Made by a program: the position numbers and the translations under genes
From: an uncultured Gammaproteobacteria bacterium
GTDB taxonomy: Bacteria > Patescibacteriota > Patescibacteriia > UBA1558 > GWA2-36-10
Length of the DNA stretch: 64,000 bases
Direction of reading: 5' to 3'
Assembly (NCBI GenBank): GCA_964633905.1
Contig: CAZWIT010000002.1
Coordinates: 128,833-192,832 of the forward strand
In this document: one piece after another, positions 18,379 through 28,411 of the stretch
Layout of the letters: every line of letters begins with the position of its first letter
Position numbering within the stretch: position 1 is the first letter of the stretch
The notes under the pieces: generated by a model
What the model saw: the letters and a program-made list of their open reading frames with translations, nothing else
Told to the model about the DNA's origin: nothing
Databases searched by the model: none

Positions 18379-21300
18379 ATGAGTTTATTTAAGAAATTTT
18401 TCGTGTATTCAGTGGTAGTTACTACAACTCTTTGGTCACTTGGTTTACCAATGGCTAAAGCTGCTGGTAGCTATCCAGCTGGCTCTTTGCTAGCTTTACA
18501 AGGTCAATCTGGCGCTGCTGTTTACGTTGTCAATGCTGATGGTACAAAATCGGTTTTCCCCGATTCTAAGACCTATATGACTTGGTTTTCTAACTTCGAC
18601 AAAGTTGTTAGAGTTCCAGTCTCAGAATTAGACATGTATCCAGACAAAGGTGCGGTAACTTACCGTCCTGGTACCAAATTGGTCACCCATGCTAATACTG
18701 CTAAAGTTTTTGCAGTTGAACCAGGTGGCGTTTTACGCTGGGTTCCTTCAGAAGCTGTAGCTGTTAGCTTATATGGTGCAAACTGGGCAACTAGAGTCCA
18801 AGATGTTATCCCTGGATATTTTTCATCCAGCTATAGCAGCACTGGATCAGATCTTTCTACTATGTATCCAACTGGATCATTAGTAAAGATGGGTACTACC
18901 ACCTATTATATTGATGGTACTACCAAACGTCCATTTGCCAATGACGCTGCTTTGACTGCTAATAACTTCAGAACTGAATTTGTTATCAATGCTACCAGTT
19001 TATCTGGTTACAGTGATGGCAGTTCAATTACTGGTGCTGAATCAGCCTTGACTGCTATCACCGGTACTGGTTCTGTTGTTGTTATCCCATCAGGTGGTTT
19101 GTCAATTGCCTTAAATGCTGGTACTCCAGCTTATAATGGTGCTACTTTGTGTGGTGGCGATGGCTTCTTATTTTCTAAGTTTAACTTCTCAGCCACTTCT
19201 GGTGATGTAGTTGTAACTGGTATGAAAGTAAAAAGAAGTAGCGTTGGTTCATACAAAGATCTTGACAAAGTTTGGGTAGTAGTTGATGGTGCTCGTCGTG
19301 GTGCTGTTAAATCTGTTAACAGTGCTGATGAAGCCAGTTTACTATTCTCAGCCGATAGTCAAAAAATTACCGTTGCTAATGGTACAACTAAAACCGTAGA
19401 ATTATGGGCTTCTTTACCAGCAACCAATGGTACAGATACCTGTTTATCTGGTAACTATAATGCCCTAGGTATTACCGAAGTTACTACTGCCTCAACTGTA
19501 AATGGTTTACCAGTTACTGGTTATGCCCAAGCAGTTTTGACAGCCGCAGCTCCAGATATGACTATCTCTCAAGGTAGTATTGGTGATACTGCTGCTATTG
19601 GCGACACTGCCGTTGAAGTAGCTAAATTTAAACTATTAAACCAAGAATCCAATGAAACATTGGTTTTCAAGGGTATTAGTTTAAAGAGCGTTGCTCCTGC
19701 TTCCGGTACTAAAGTTGCCAATGACGACTTTATTAATTTCAAATTATTAGATAACAGTAATAACGTAGTAGCTGGTCCAGTTGCTATGAGTAATGATGGT
19801 TATGTTCGTTTTAATTTGAACACACCATTTAGTATTGCTGCTGGTACTAATAAATATGAATGGTTTACTGTAACTGCTGATGCAGTTGCTGGACCAGAAC
19901 ATAAGATCACTTTGGATTTAGAAGATCCTTCAGATCTAAATGTCTACGGTGGCACAAATATGTTCCACTCAGCTGTTTCTGATAGCTATACTGCTGAAGA
20001 AGTAGCTTTAGGCAATGCTGATTTAGTAGTTGCTGTTGACAGTGCTACTAATCCAATTGCCAGAGATGTTTCTGAAAATAGCACAGTTGTGTTATTAAAT
20101 GCTAAATTCACTGCTGCCAATGGCCCAGTTAGCGCTACTGGTATGGATGTCTTATTAGAAGGTGCTGACATGGATACTGATTCTCCACAAGAATTTGATA
20201 ATTTACGTGTTTACGTAAATAATGTCTTGGTATCAGAAGCTACTGGTACTGCCTTAGGTAACACCGATGGTGATACTACCCAGACCATTAGCTTTACTGA
20301 TGATTTCAGCGTAACTGGTGTTGTGCCAGTACGTGTTGAAATTGACACTAAAGACTTACAAGGTACAACCTTGACTACTATTAGAGCTACTATTAGCAAC
20401 TTGGCTGGTACCACTAGAGATTCTGATGGCGCTGCTATCACTGAATCTGGTACTGCAGTTGGTAATTATGCCACTTTAGTAACCCCTGGTTATACTATCT
20501 ATAGATCAGCTACTCCAGTTAGTATTTCTAAAGTATTAGGTTCACAAAATGTAGATTTCTTAGGTCTTGATATTAAATCAAACAACACCACTAACGTTGT
20601 TGTTAACAAATTGAAAGTACGTTTAGTTGGTAATGGCTTTACTGCTCATCAAAATGACGTTCAAAATGTCAAATTAGTTGACGTAAATGGCAATTTGATT
20701 TCCGGACCAAAGAGCTTAAATAGTTCCAAAGAAGCTGAATTCACTGGTTTGAATTTAACTGCAACTTCAAATGGTACTAAAGTAATTGTCAGAGGTGATA
20801 TGAATTCTACTATGAATGATAGTGGTAATGTCACTTATGACACTGATGATTTATATTTTGTCGTAGTTTCTTCTGAAGCTACTGCCAATAACAACACCTA
20901 TTCTGCTAAAGATTCAGGTGGTGATACTATTGACGGTACTGCTGGTAATGAAGTAAACGTTACTTCAGGCAGAATCGATATCACTGTATCACAAACTGGT
21001 ACTTTGACTGCTACTTTAAGCAGCGATACTGCTGTATCTGCTCAATTGCTTGCTGGTTCTACCAACAATGCCATTGCTCAATACAAATTGGTAGCTGACA
21101 AAGAAAATGTCCAAGTTAAGAAATTCCGCGTTGGCTTAACCACTGGTGCAGCCGGCGAAGATGAAATTTCTCGTATTGCTTTGTATGATGGCGCAACCTT
21201 ACTAGCTGAAACCAATAGTTTCTCTGGTGCTTATACTGAATTTGATATTACCAGCAAGAATTTCTGGGTAATGTCTGGTACTGGTAATGCCAAATATTTG

Positions 21301-22230
21301 ACTGTAAAAGTAGACTTAACCAGTACTACTAATACTGTCTTAGATTCAGGCGCCACTGTGGCCGCTGTCTTAATTGACATGGAAACTTGGGGATCTGTCA
21401 ATGAAGTTGCTCCAGCTTCTGGTGCTACTGCTGACGGATTTGCCTTTGCTGCTGCTGACGATTTAGATGAAGACTTGGATGCTAGCGAAACCGAAATTAC
21501 CTTGGTTGATACTACTGGTATTTTAGCCGGTGATATTATCAAGATTGGTAGTGAACAAATTTATGTTACTACCGTCGCTTCTGCTACAAGCTTAGATCCA
21601 GTTGTTCGTGGCTTTAATGGTACTACAGCTGCTGCTCATACTGATGCTGACTTAGCTGATGATACAACTGTTGCCAAATCTATTGAAGGTAATAACTTCA
21701 AAGCCTATGGTAACAAGTTGACCATTGCTAACGGTACTTTATCTGGTGGTACTTTATCTGAATGGGGCACCTATACTGATGCCTTTAAATTCAAATTAAC
21801 TCCATCAGCTTCAGCTACTGAAGAAGCAGTGTTGAATTCCGTTAAGGTTTCCTTAAATACTGCTACTGGTATTTCTGCTGCTAATAGTACTGGTTGGTAT
21901 ATCACTGCTGTTGCTTTATACAATGGTGCTGGTACCCAACTTGCTACCAGCGCAGTTGATATCGTAGCTGCTTCTGGTGATGTAACCTTCTCTTCTTTAG
22001 CAGAACCAATTGCTACAAGTGGTGAAGAATTTACTGTCAAAGTACAAGTCGCCTTAGGTAGTGGTGGTGGTGTAATTGAATCAGGAGATAAATTAGCCAT
22101 GGCTATTGAATCTCTAGGTTCTATTTCTGCCGCTGGTGATATTGATTGGGATGATTCAGTTTCAGCTGCAATCACCTGGATTGATATGGGTAATACCACT
22201 TCTTTGGTTGGCCCAACCTTCTCTTACTAA
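18379..22230 (+). CDS. Giant secreted Thr/Ser/Gly/Ala-rich surface protein (S-layer or adhesin candidate)
   Basis: 1283 aa with an N-terminal signal peptide (VVVTTTLWSLGLPMAKA|AG). Very low charged-residue content and repetitive beta-rich composition. A strong terminator follows. Confidence 0.6.
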   Translation: MSLFKKFFVYSVVVTTTLWSLGLPMAKAAGSYPAGSLLALQGQSGAAVYVVNADGTKSVFPDSKTYMTWFSNFDKVVRVPVSELDMYPDKGAVTYRPGTKLVTHANTAKVFAVEPGGVLRWVPSEAVAVSLYGANWATRVQDVIPGYFSSSYSSTGSDLSTMYPTGSLVKMGTTTYYIDGTTKRPFANDAALTANNFRTEFVINATSLSGYSDGSSITGAESALTAITGTGSVVVIPSGGLSIALNAGTPAYNGATLCGGDGFLFSKFNFSATSGDVVVTGMKVKRSSVGSYKDLDKVWVVVDGARRGAVKSVNSADEASLLFSADSQKITVANGTTKTVELWASLPATNGTDTCLSGNYNALGITEVTTASTVNGLPVTGYAQAVLTAAAPDMTISQGSIGDTAAIGDTAVEVAKFKLLNQESNETLVFKGISLKSVAPASGTKVANDDFINFKLLDNSNNVVAGPVAMSNDGYVRFNLNTPFSIAAGTNKYEWFTVTADAVAGPEHKITLDLEDPSDLNVYGGTNMFHSAVSDSYTAEEVALGNADLVVAVDSATNPIARDVSENSTVVLLNAKFTAANGPVSATGMDVLLEGADMDTDSPQEFDNLRVYVNNVLVSEATGTALGNTDGDTTQTISFTDDFSVTGVVPVRVEIDTKDLQGTTLTTIRATISNLAGTTRDSDGAAITESGTAVGNYATLVTPGYTIYRSATPVSISKVLGSQNVDFLGLDIKSNNTTNVVVNKLKVRLVGNGFTAHQNDVQNVKLVDVNGNLISGPKSLNSSKEAEFTGLNLTATSNGTKVIVRGDMNSTMNDSGNVTYDTDDLYFVVVSSEATANNNTYSAKDSGGDTIDGTAGNEVNVTSGRIDITVSQTGTLTATLSSDTAVSAQLLAGSTNNAIAQYKLVADKENVQVKKFRVGLTTGAAGEDEISRIALYDGATLLAETNSFSGAYTEFDITSKNFWVMSGTGNAKYLTVKVDLTSTTNTVLDSGATVAAVLIDMETWGSVNEVAPASGATADGFAFAAADDLDEDLDASETEITLVDTTGILAGDIIKIGSEQIYVTTVASATSLDPVVRGFNGTTAAAHTDADLADDTTVAKSIEGNNFKAYGNKLTIANGTLSGGTLSEWGTYTDAFKFKLTPSASATEEAVLNSVKVSLNTATGISAANSTGWYITAVALYNGAGTQLATSAVDIVAASGDVTFSSLAEPIATSGEEFTVKVQVALGSGGGVIESGDKLAMAIESLGSISAAGDIDWDDSVSAAITWIDMGNTTSLVGPTFSY

Positions 22231-22276
22231 TATTTTAAGAGATAAGAATAGTTTGCTAAGTTAGCAGACAAATTAG

Positions 22277-22316
22277 CCAGCCCTGCACCGTATGGTGCAG
22301 GGCTGGTTTTTTGTTT
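22277..22316 (+). terminator. Strong rho-independent terminator
   Basis: CCAGCCCTGCACC-gtat-GGTGCAGGGCTGG, a 13-bp perfect stem, followed by TTTTTTGTTT. Confidence 0.9.
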
Positions 22317-22375
22317 GAAAAATAAAAGGCTTTTTGTTATACTATAGCTACAAACTTATTAATTTAAAAAATCTT

Positions 22376-23701
22376 ATGTTTAAGAAATTATTCTTAATAA
22401 TTGGAGTTTTAGCTTTACTTGCTAATCCAAGTCTAGCTTTTACGCAGTCGCAGATTAGTAGTAATTTAGTTTATCAAGAACTAAGAGCTTATAATAAAGA
22501 TTTTGATATTTTGGCTTTGGATTTTACTTTAAATAATCTAAATGGTGATGCTATTAATGCTTTGACAGTTTATAATAGTAGAACAGCAAATAGTGATGAT
22601 ATTGCCGAAGTTAAATTATGGCTAGATGATGGCGATGGCGTGTGGCAAGGTTATTTAGTTGATCATTTGCTGGCTAGTGCTGAGCGCATTGATACTAGAC
22701 GTTGGTTATTTAATAATTTAAATACTACTATTTCTAGTAGTAAGCATTTTTATATTTCTATAGAAACTAAAAACACAGTTGTTAATCAGCATAAATTGCA
22801 ACTAGAAATAGATAGTCTCTATGATGCCAATGCTAACCAAGTTTATGATACAGGCGACACTGGTTTATTTGTGGCTTCTAAAAATAATGGCCCAGTTGGT
22901 CAAAGTTTTGTTAGTAATTATGTTTATACTTTTGAACAAAAAGGCGGGGACACAGTAGCTCCCAAAGTAGCTTTGACTAATTTAAAAAATAACGATATTT
23001 TAGCAGCTTCTAGTAGCACGAATTTTTTAAATATTAGTGGTGGTGCTAAAGACAGAATGGGCGGTACAGTAAAATTTGTAAAAATTTCAGTAGTGCCAGT
23101 CGGACAGTCTCCGCTTTGGCAAGATGTTAATGTTTTGACAGCAGACTTTGCTACTTGGGATTATACGGTAAATAATCTAGCAGCTGGTCAGTATAATGTA
23201 CAGACCTATGCTTCAGATGGGGATAGTAATAGTATTATTTCTGATATTTTGACTTTTACAGTAAATATTACCAGTGAAGATAATAATCCAGAACCACCAG
23301 CTGATAATAATCAAGATGATAATGGTCAGATTTGGTCAGGCGGTCGCTTGTTAAAAACACCAGCAACACCTGCTGTTTATTGGCTAGTTAATAATAAAGT
23401 TTATTCATTTTTAAATGATAAAATATTCTTTCAGTATTTTATAGATTTTTCCCAAGTAGAAAATATTAGCTTGGAGGAAATTGCTAACTATGAGTTAGGT
23501 AGTAGTGTACCAGTAAAACCAGGCACCTTAATCCAAAGTGTTGATTCTAATAAAGTTTATGAAGTGAATAATAAATGGCAGCGTCGTTGGTTAAAAACAG
23601 CTAGTGAAGCAGAAAGCTTGTATGGCGCTGCTTGGGAGAATAAAATTCAAGCTGTGTCTGGTGCTTATATCTTTTTATACGCAGAAGTAGAAAATCTATG
23701 A
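22376..23701 (+). CDS. Secreted hypothetical protein
   Basis: The signal peptide MFKKLFLIIGVLALLANPSLA starts at 22376. The ORF-track start at 22334 adds 14 residues with no supporting RBS. No recognisable domain. Confidence 0.45.
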   Translation: MFKKLFLIIGVLALLANPSLAFTQSQISSNLVYQELRAYNKDFDILALDFTLNNLNGDAINALTVYNSRTANSDDIAEVKLWLDDGDGVWQGYLVDHLLASAERIDTRRWLFNNLNTTISSSKHFYISIETKNTVVNQHKLQLEIDSLYDANANQVYDTGDTGLFVASKNNGPVGQSFVSNYVYTFEQKGGDTVAPKVALTNLKNNDILAASSSTNFLNISGGAKDRMGGTVKFVKISVVPVGQSPLWQDVNVLTADFATWDYTVNNLAAGQYNVQTYASDGDSNSIISDILTFTVNITSEDNNPEPPADNNQDDNGQIWSGGRLLKTPATPAVYWLVNNKVYSFLNDKIFFQYFIDFSQVENISLEEIANYELGSSVPVKPGTLIQSVDSNKVYEVNNKWQRRWLKTASEAESLYGAAWENKIQAVSGAYIFLYAEVENL

Positions 23702-24288
23702 AGTCTAAAAGAATTTTTTACATTGTTGGCGCTTTATTATTAGCGCTGATACTGGCAGGAGTTTGGTGGTTTTATCAAAAAGCAAGTAGTCCCTACCCTG
23801 AATTAAGTCCAGAAAAGATAGAGGAGTTAGGCGGACAAGCTGTGGTTGATGATTTATCTCAAAAATTAGAAAATGCTAAAAAAGAATTAGATTTAGCGAT
23901 TGATGATTATGAGTTAAATAATTTACCAGCAGATAAAAAACCAGCCGAAAAGCTTTTTATTAATGCCTCTAATCAAGCTTATTATTTGCATAAGTATGAT
24001 TTAGCCCTTTCTTATTTGCAGGATTTGTTTAAATATTATGATAAGTCGCAAGTAGCTTGGGCTAATATGGCTCATATTTATGAAGCCAAAGGAGAGTACC
24101 AGCAAGCGATTGATGCTTATCTAAAAGTTTATGAAGCTTATAGTATTAAATATATTTATGATCAGGAGATTATGCAAGACTACATTGCCTTGGGTAATCG
24201 GGATAAAGTAGCCGAAGTTTATGCTGCTTATAAGGCAGCGGGTTATAGTAGCGAGTCAGTAGAACAATATTTAAATAATAATAAATAA
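23698..24288 (+). CDS. Membrane-anchored TPR-like repeat protein
   Basis: N-terminal TM. The C-terminal half has a TPR-like periodicity (AWANMAHIYEAKGEYQQAIDAYLKVYEAY). Start overlaps the upstream stop (ATGA). Confidence 0.45.
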   Translation: MKSKRIFYIVGALLLALILAGVWWFYQKASSPYPELSPEKIEELGGQAVVDDLSQKLENAKKELDLAIDDYELNNLPADKKPAEKLFINASNQAYYLHKYDLALSYLQDLFKYYDKSQVAWANMAHIYEAKGEYQQAIDAYLKVYEAYSIKYIYDQEIMQDYIALGNRDKVAEVYAAYKAAGYSSESVEQYLNNNK

Positions 24289-24290
24289 AT

Positions 24291-24409
24291 TAAAAAAATC
24301 CGCTTCTCTGTCATCCTCGCGTAGGCGGGGATCTGTAATGATTTGACGAATAGTCTATCTAGATTCCCGCTTTCGCGGGAATGACATATAAAATATTAGC
24401 GGATTTTTT
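24291..24409. repeat. Composite ~120-bp palindromic element (MITE/REP-like) between convergent genes
   Basis: Outer arms AAAAAATCCGCT / AGCGGATTTTTT. Two internal copies of the GTCAT(T/C)CC(C/T)CGC-loop-GCGGG(G/A)AT hairpin sit in opposite orientations. Likely also a bidirectional terminator. Confidence 0.6.
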
Positions 24410-24424
24410 ATTTGTTTTTTTCTG

Positions 24425-25615
24425 TTAAAATAATTTTAAATACAATTCTTCAGTTTCTCTTAAAGTCTTATCCAAGCTAAAATTAGCTTGGATATTTTGA
24501 AAATTTTGCTCAGCTAATTTTTTAGCTAAGTTTTGATCTTGGCTTATTTTTTCCATAGCCTCAGAGAGAGCTAGGGGGTTCAAGTTAGCCTTTAAGAGCC
24601 CTGTTTTCTCGTCAGTAATGATTTCAGATACACCGCCGGTGTTAGTGGCAATAAGGGGTATTTGCGCAAGCCCAGCCTCTAGAATGGTGTAGGGCAGACC
24701 TTCTTTGACTGAGGGCAGTATAAAGTAGTCAAAAGCTTTTAAATACTGCCAGTCATTATCTTGGGCAGCTACGATTTTAAAATAAGCTTCCAAATGTTCA
24801 GTCTTAATTTCTTGCTCGATTTTTGTTTGCTCTGGACCAGAGCCAATCAAAATCCAAAGATGATCTGCAAGCAGAGGGGATTTTTTGGCTTTGAGCATTT
24901 TGACAGCTTCGATTAAATAGTGGTGTCCTTTAGTGGGGTAAAAGCTAGCAATAGTACCAAAATATTTTTTTTTCGGATCCAAATTTAATTTTGCTTGCGC
25001 TTGGTATTTTTCTAGAAAATTATATTTAACTGGATCAATGCCATTGTGAACTACAAAAATTTTATGAGGGGCAGTTATTTTATTAGCAATAGCACTAGTC
25101 TTATCATATTTTGAGACAGCGATAATCAAATGTTGCAAGCCAGTAGAAAAAGTTTCTGATACCTTATAAAGCTTTTTAACATGATTTTTTAAGGGCTCAT
25201 TAAAAACAAAGCCATGAGCAGTATAGACAACGCGCATTCTAGGATTAAGGGGATTAATATTGTAGGCTTGAGCAGCAATGCTGCCTAAAAGTCCAACTTT
25301 AGAACTATTTAAGTGGACTAGGTTATATGATTGTTTATTTAAAATTTTTAGTATTTCAGGAATAGCAAATAAGTCTTGGCTAATATCAATATTACGGACT
25401 AATTTGTGGATTGGTATTAAATGAATATTATTTTGTTTAGCTAAGTTTATAAATTTTTCATTAACATTTTTAGTTTCACCATAGGCAATATGAACTTCAT
25501 TATCTTTACTAAAATGCTGAGCTAATTCTAAAACATATTTTTGAGCACCACCCCATTTAGTTTGGGTGACAATATAGAGTATCTTTTTCCCGGATAATTT
25601 TTTATTGTTTTCCAT
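24425..25615 (-). CDS. Glycosyltransferase, GT4 family (GT-B fold)
   Basis: C-terminal EX7E-type motif region (LPSVKEGLPYTILEAGLAQIPLIATNTGGVSEII). Confidence 0.8.
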   Translation of the reverse strand: MENNKKLSGKKILYIVTQTKWGGAQKYVLELAQHFSKDNEVHIAYGETKNVNEKFINLAKQNNIHLIPIHKLVRNIDISQDLFAIPEILKILNKQSYNLVHLNSSKVGLLGSIAAQAYNINPLNPRMRVVYTAHGFVFNEPLKNHVKKLYKVSETFSTGLQHLIIAVSKYDKTSAIANKITAPHKIFVVHNGIDPVKYNFLEKYQAQAKLNLDPKKKYFGTIASFYPTKGHHYLIEAVKMLKAKKSPLLADHLWILIGSGPEQTKIEQEIKTEHLEAYFKIVAAQDNDWQYLKAFDYFILPSVKEGLPYTILEAGLAQIPLIATNTGGVSEIITDEKTGLLKANLNPLALSEAMEKISQDQNLAKKLAEQNFQNIQANFSLDKTLRETEELYLKLF

Positions 25616-25730
25616 AATATTTTTTAGCTAAAATTAGCTAAATTATTTATTGATTTTTTTATTCAAGCTTGGTATAATTTTATAGAATTTAAGTGATTTT
25701 AGCAAGAAATTAGCGTTCTAAATAGATAGT

Positions 25731-26855
25731 ATGAAGATATTGATAGCCAGTGGTATTTTTTTGCCGGAAATAGGTGGCCCGGCTACTTATGCGGATAGAA
25801 TTGCACGAGATTTTTTAGCCTTAGGCCAGCAAGTAGAAATTATTACTTATTCAGACTCAAATACTGCAAATTTACTTTTTGATAAACAACTGCCTTATTC
25901 TGTTTATAGAATAAAAAGAATTAATAAGATTTTAAATTATTGGCTTTATTTTTTGGCTGCAATCAAGCGAGCACGATCAGCAGATGTTATTTATATTTTT
26001 GATCATTCTAGCGCAGGCTTACCGACTATGCTGGCTAATTTTTTTCTTAGAAAAAATTGCTACATTAGAATCGGAGGGGATTATCTCTGGGAGAGTTATT
26101 TAGAAAAAAGTGGAGAATTAGTAACTTTGCCAGAATTTTATAAGCAGAACATTTATAAAAAATTTAATAATTTTAAATTTAAAATTAGTCGTTTTATTTT
26201 ACTTAAGGCCCAAGGACTTATTTTTACTACTCAATACCAAGCACAGATTTTTAGCAAATATTACCAGCTTGATGCTAAGAAAATATTTATTGTTTCTAAT
26301 CCAATCCTTACTGAAAATAAAGCAGAGCGTAAAAATATTAATAAAGATATTATTTTTGCGGGCCGTTTTGTGCATAAAAATAATATTTTTACTTTATTAC
26401 AAGCTTGGCAACAAATTAAGGATCAATCTTATAATTTGCATTTAATTGGCGCTGGGCCTTTATTGCCAAAATTATCAGCTTTAATAAAAAGTAAAAATAT
26501 AAATAATATCAGTATCGAAGATAGAATTAGCCCTGAAGCATTACGGCAAAAATTAGCTACTAGCTATTTGGCAATTTTTCCTAGTCTTAGTGATATTAGT
26601 CCGAATTTAATGCTTGATTGTTTGAGCCTTGGTTTGCCTTTTATTAGTTCACAAGAAATTGGTTTTACTTGGTTAAAAGATCAGATTATCACTTTTGATC
26701 CTAAGGATCCCCAAGCTATGCTAAGGCAAATAAATTTTTTGTTAGAGCCTGTAAATTATCAAGCCTATCAAATAAAAATAAAGCAAATAGATTATCACTA
26801 TACTTATATTGCTGCGGCTCAAGATACGCTAAATATTTTTAAAGCTAGTTTATGA
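25731..26855 (+). CDS. Glycosyltransferase-like protein (GT4-like N-terminal domain)
   Basis: N-terminus MKILIASGIFLPEIGGPATYA typical of GT4 enzymes. C-terminal motifs are divergent. Confidence 0.55.
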   Translation: MKILIASGIFLPEIGGPATYADRIARDFLALGQQVEIITYSDSNTANLLFDKQLPYSVYRIKRINKILNYWLYFLAAIKRARSADVIYIFDHSSAGLPTMLANFFLRKNCYIRIGGDYLWESYLEKSGELVTLPEFYKQNIYKKFNNFKFKISRFILLKAQGLIFTTQYQAQIFSKYYQLDAKKIFIVSNPILTENKAERKNINKDIIFAGRFVHKNNIFTLLQAWQQIKDQSYNLHLIGAGPLLPKLSALIKSKNINNISIEDRISPEALRQKLATSYLAIFPSLSDISPNLMLDCLSLGLPFISSQEIGFTWLKDQIITFDPKDPQAMLRQINFLLEPVNYQAYQIKIKQIDYHYTYIAAAQDTLNIFKASL

Positions 26856-27931
26856 AAGTTATTGGCTTAGGTTTAGATAAACAAATATTAAAAGCAGATT
26901 CAACTTTAGCTAAGCGAGCTATTTTTTATGCTGCCAATTTAGATGAATTTTTATTTATTTTTCCAGGCGCAGGTGCAAGATCATCTTTAACGGATAAAGT
27001 TAAGGTTTGGCCAAGTGGTTCAGACAAAAAATTGCTTAGTTTATGGTATATTTATAAAAATTTAATTAGTTTATTAAAAAGCAGGCAATATCAGCTACTA
27101 ACTATCCAAGATAACTATTTTTTGGCTGTTTTAGGCGTATATTTAGCTAAAAAATATAAAGTAAAAGTAGAGATTCAAAACCACGGCTTTGAAAAATTAA
27201 CTTGGTGGCGGCGCCTCTTGGTTAGTTGGGCTTTTAAGCGGGCTGACTTAATCAGGACAGTTAGTCAGAGCTTAGCTAATTTTTTAGAGTCAGAATTTAA
27301 AGTTAGGGCAGATAAAATTTATATTGTGCCAGTGCCACTAGATATCGAAGCTTTGCAAAAAGCGCCGCATCATTTTGATCTACATGACAAGTATTCAGCT
27401 AAATTTATTTTTTTAACAGTTGGCCGTTTAGTGGCAGTAAAAAATATTGCTTTGCAAATAAAGGCTTTAGCTGAACTTAAAGATGAACAAGTTGTGTTAT
27501 TAGTAGTTGGCGATGGTCCAGAAAAAAATAATTTAGAAAAATTAGTTCAAGATTTGAATCTAGAACAACAAGTTTTTTTCTTGGGTTGGCAAGAGCAACT
27601 AGCAGATTATTATCGGACTAGCGATTGTCTTTTACTCACTTCTTTTAGTGAAGGTTTTCCTTTGGTAATTAGTGAGGCTTTAGTTTACAATTTACCAATT
27701 GTAATGACCGATGTTGGTAGTGCCGGCGATTTGATTAAAGATAATTATAATGGTTTAGTGGTGCCGATTAATGACTTATTGGCTTTAGTGCGAGCAATGA
27801 AAAAAATTAAAAGCGATATTGAGTTAAGGCAAAAATTAAAAACCAACAGCTTGGCATCTGTAAAAAATATTTTAGAAGCAGAACAAACGCGAGCCTTGAT
27901 TCAGAGTCGTTGGCAGAGTTTATTTTTATAA
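26852..27931 (+). CDS. Glycosyltransferase, GT4 family
   Basis: GRLVAVKN...LLTSFSEGFPLVISEALVYNLPIVMTDVGSAGDLI. Confidence 0.8.
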   Translation: MKVIGLGLDKQILKADSTLAKRAIFYAANLDEFLFIFPGAGARSSLTDKVKVWPSGSDKKLLSLWYIYKNLISLLKSRQYQLLTIQDNYFLAVLGVYLAKKYKVKVEIQNHGFEKLTWWRRLLVSWAFKRADLIRTVSQSLANFLESEFKVRADKIYIVPVPLDIEALQKAPHHFDLHDKYSAKFIFLTVGRLVAVKNIALQIKALAELKDEQVVLLVVGDGPEKNNLEKLVQDLNLEQQVFFLGWQEQLADYYRTSDCLLLTSFSEGFPLVISEALVYNLPIVMTDVGSAGDLIKDNYNGLVVPINDLLALVRAMKKIKSDIELRQKLKTNSLASVKNILEAEQTRALIQSRWQSLFL

Positions 27932-27952
27932 TTAGTATAAGTATTTAAATTT

Positions 27953-28402
27953 ATGTTGCTACGAAAAATAATGTTTAAATTAAAATTGTGGAAAAGATTA
28001 TTTAAACGAATCGGTGAGCACACTATTATTGCTAATAGTATTATAGTTTATCATCCGGAAAATATTGAAATCGGCAATCATACTATTATTAACGAGTATG
28101 CTTTATTAAATGGCGGCGCAGTTATAAAGATTGGTGATTATGTGCACGTGTCTTCTTTTTGCGTGATTAACACTAGTGGTTTAGATTATCATAAGATTTT
28201 AGCAGACCGCACTCATATTTATCAGCCAGTTATTATTGAAGATGGAGTTTGGTTAGGTTCAAATGCTATTATTAATCCAGGTGTAACCATCGGTAAAAAT
28301 TCAGTAATTGGAGCTGGGGCAGTAGTTACTGCTGATATACCAGCAAATTCATTGGCAGTGGGCATACCAGCTAGAGTTATTAAACAGATCAATCAAAATT
28401 AG
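27953..28402 (+). CDS. Sugar O-acetyltransferase, left-handed beta-helix (hexapeptide-repeat) family
   Basis: Hexapeptide repeats (IGNHTIIN, IGDYVHVSS, GVWLGSNAIINPGVTIGKNSVIGAGAVV). Confidence 0.8.
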   Translation: MLLRKIMFKLKLWKRLFKRIGEHTIIANSIIVYHPENIEIGNHTIINEYALLNGGAVIKIGDYVHVSSFCVINTSGLDYHKILADRTHIYQPVIIEDGVWLGSNAIINPGVTIGKNSVIGAGAVVTADIPANSLAVGIPARVIKQINQN

Positions 28403-28411
28403 TTTTTAATT

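Noticed and set aside
19986-22199. Four minus-strand ORFs (61-142 aa) inside the giant surface-protein gene
   Set aside because: Products of the repetitive Thr/Ser/Ala codon composition read in reverse. The long plus-strand ORF with a signal peptide is the real gene.
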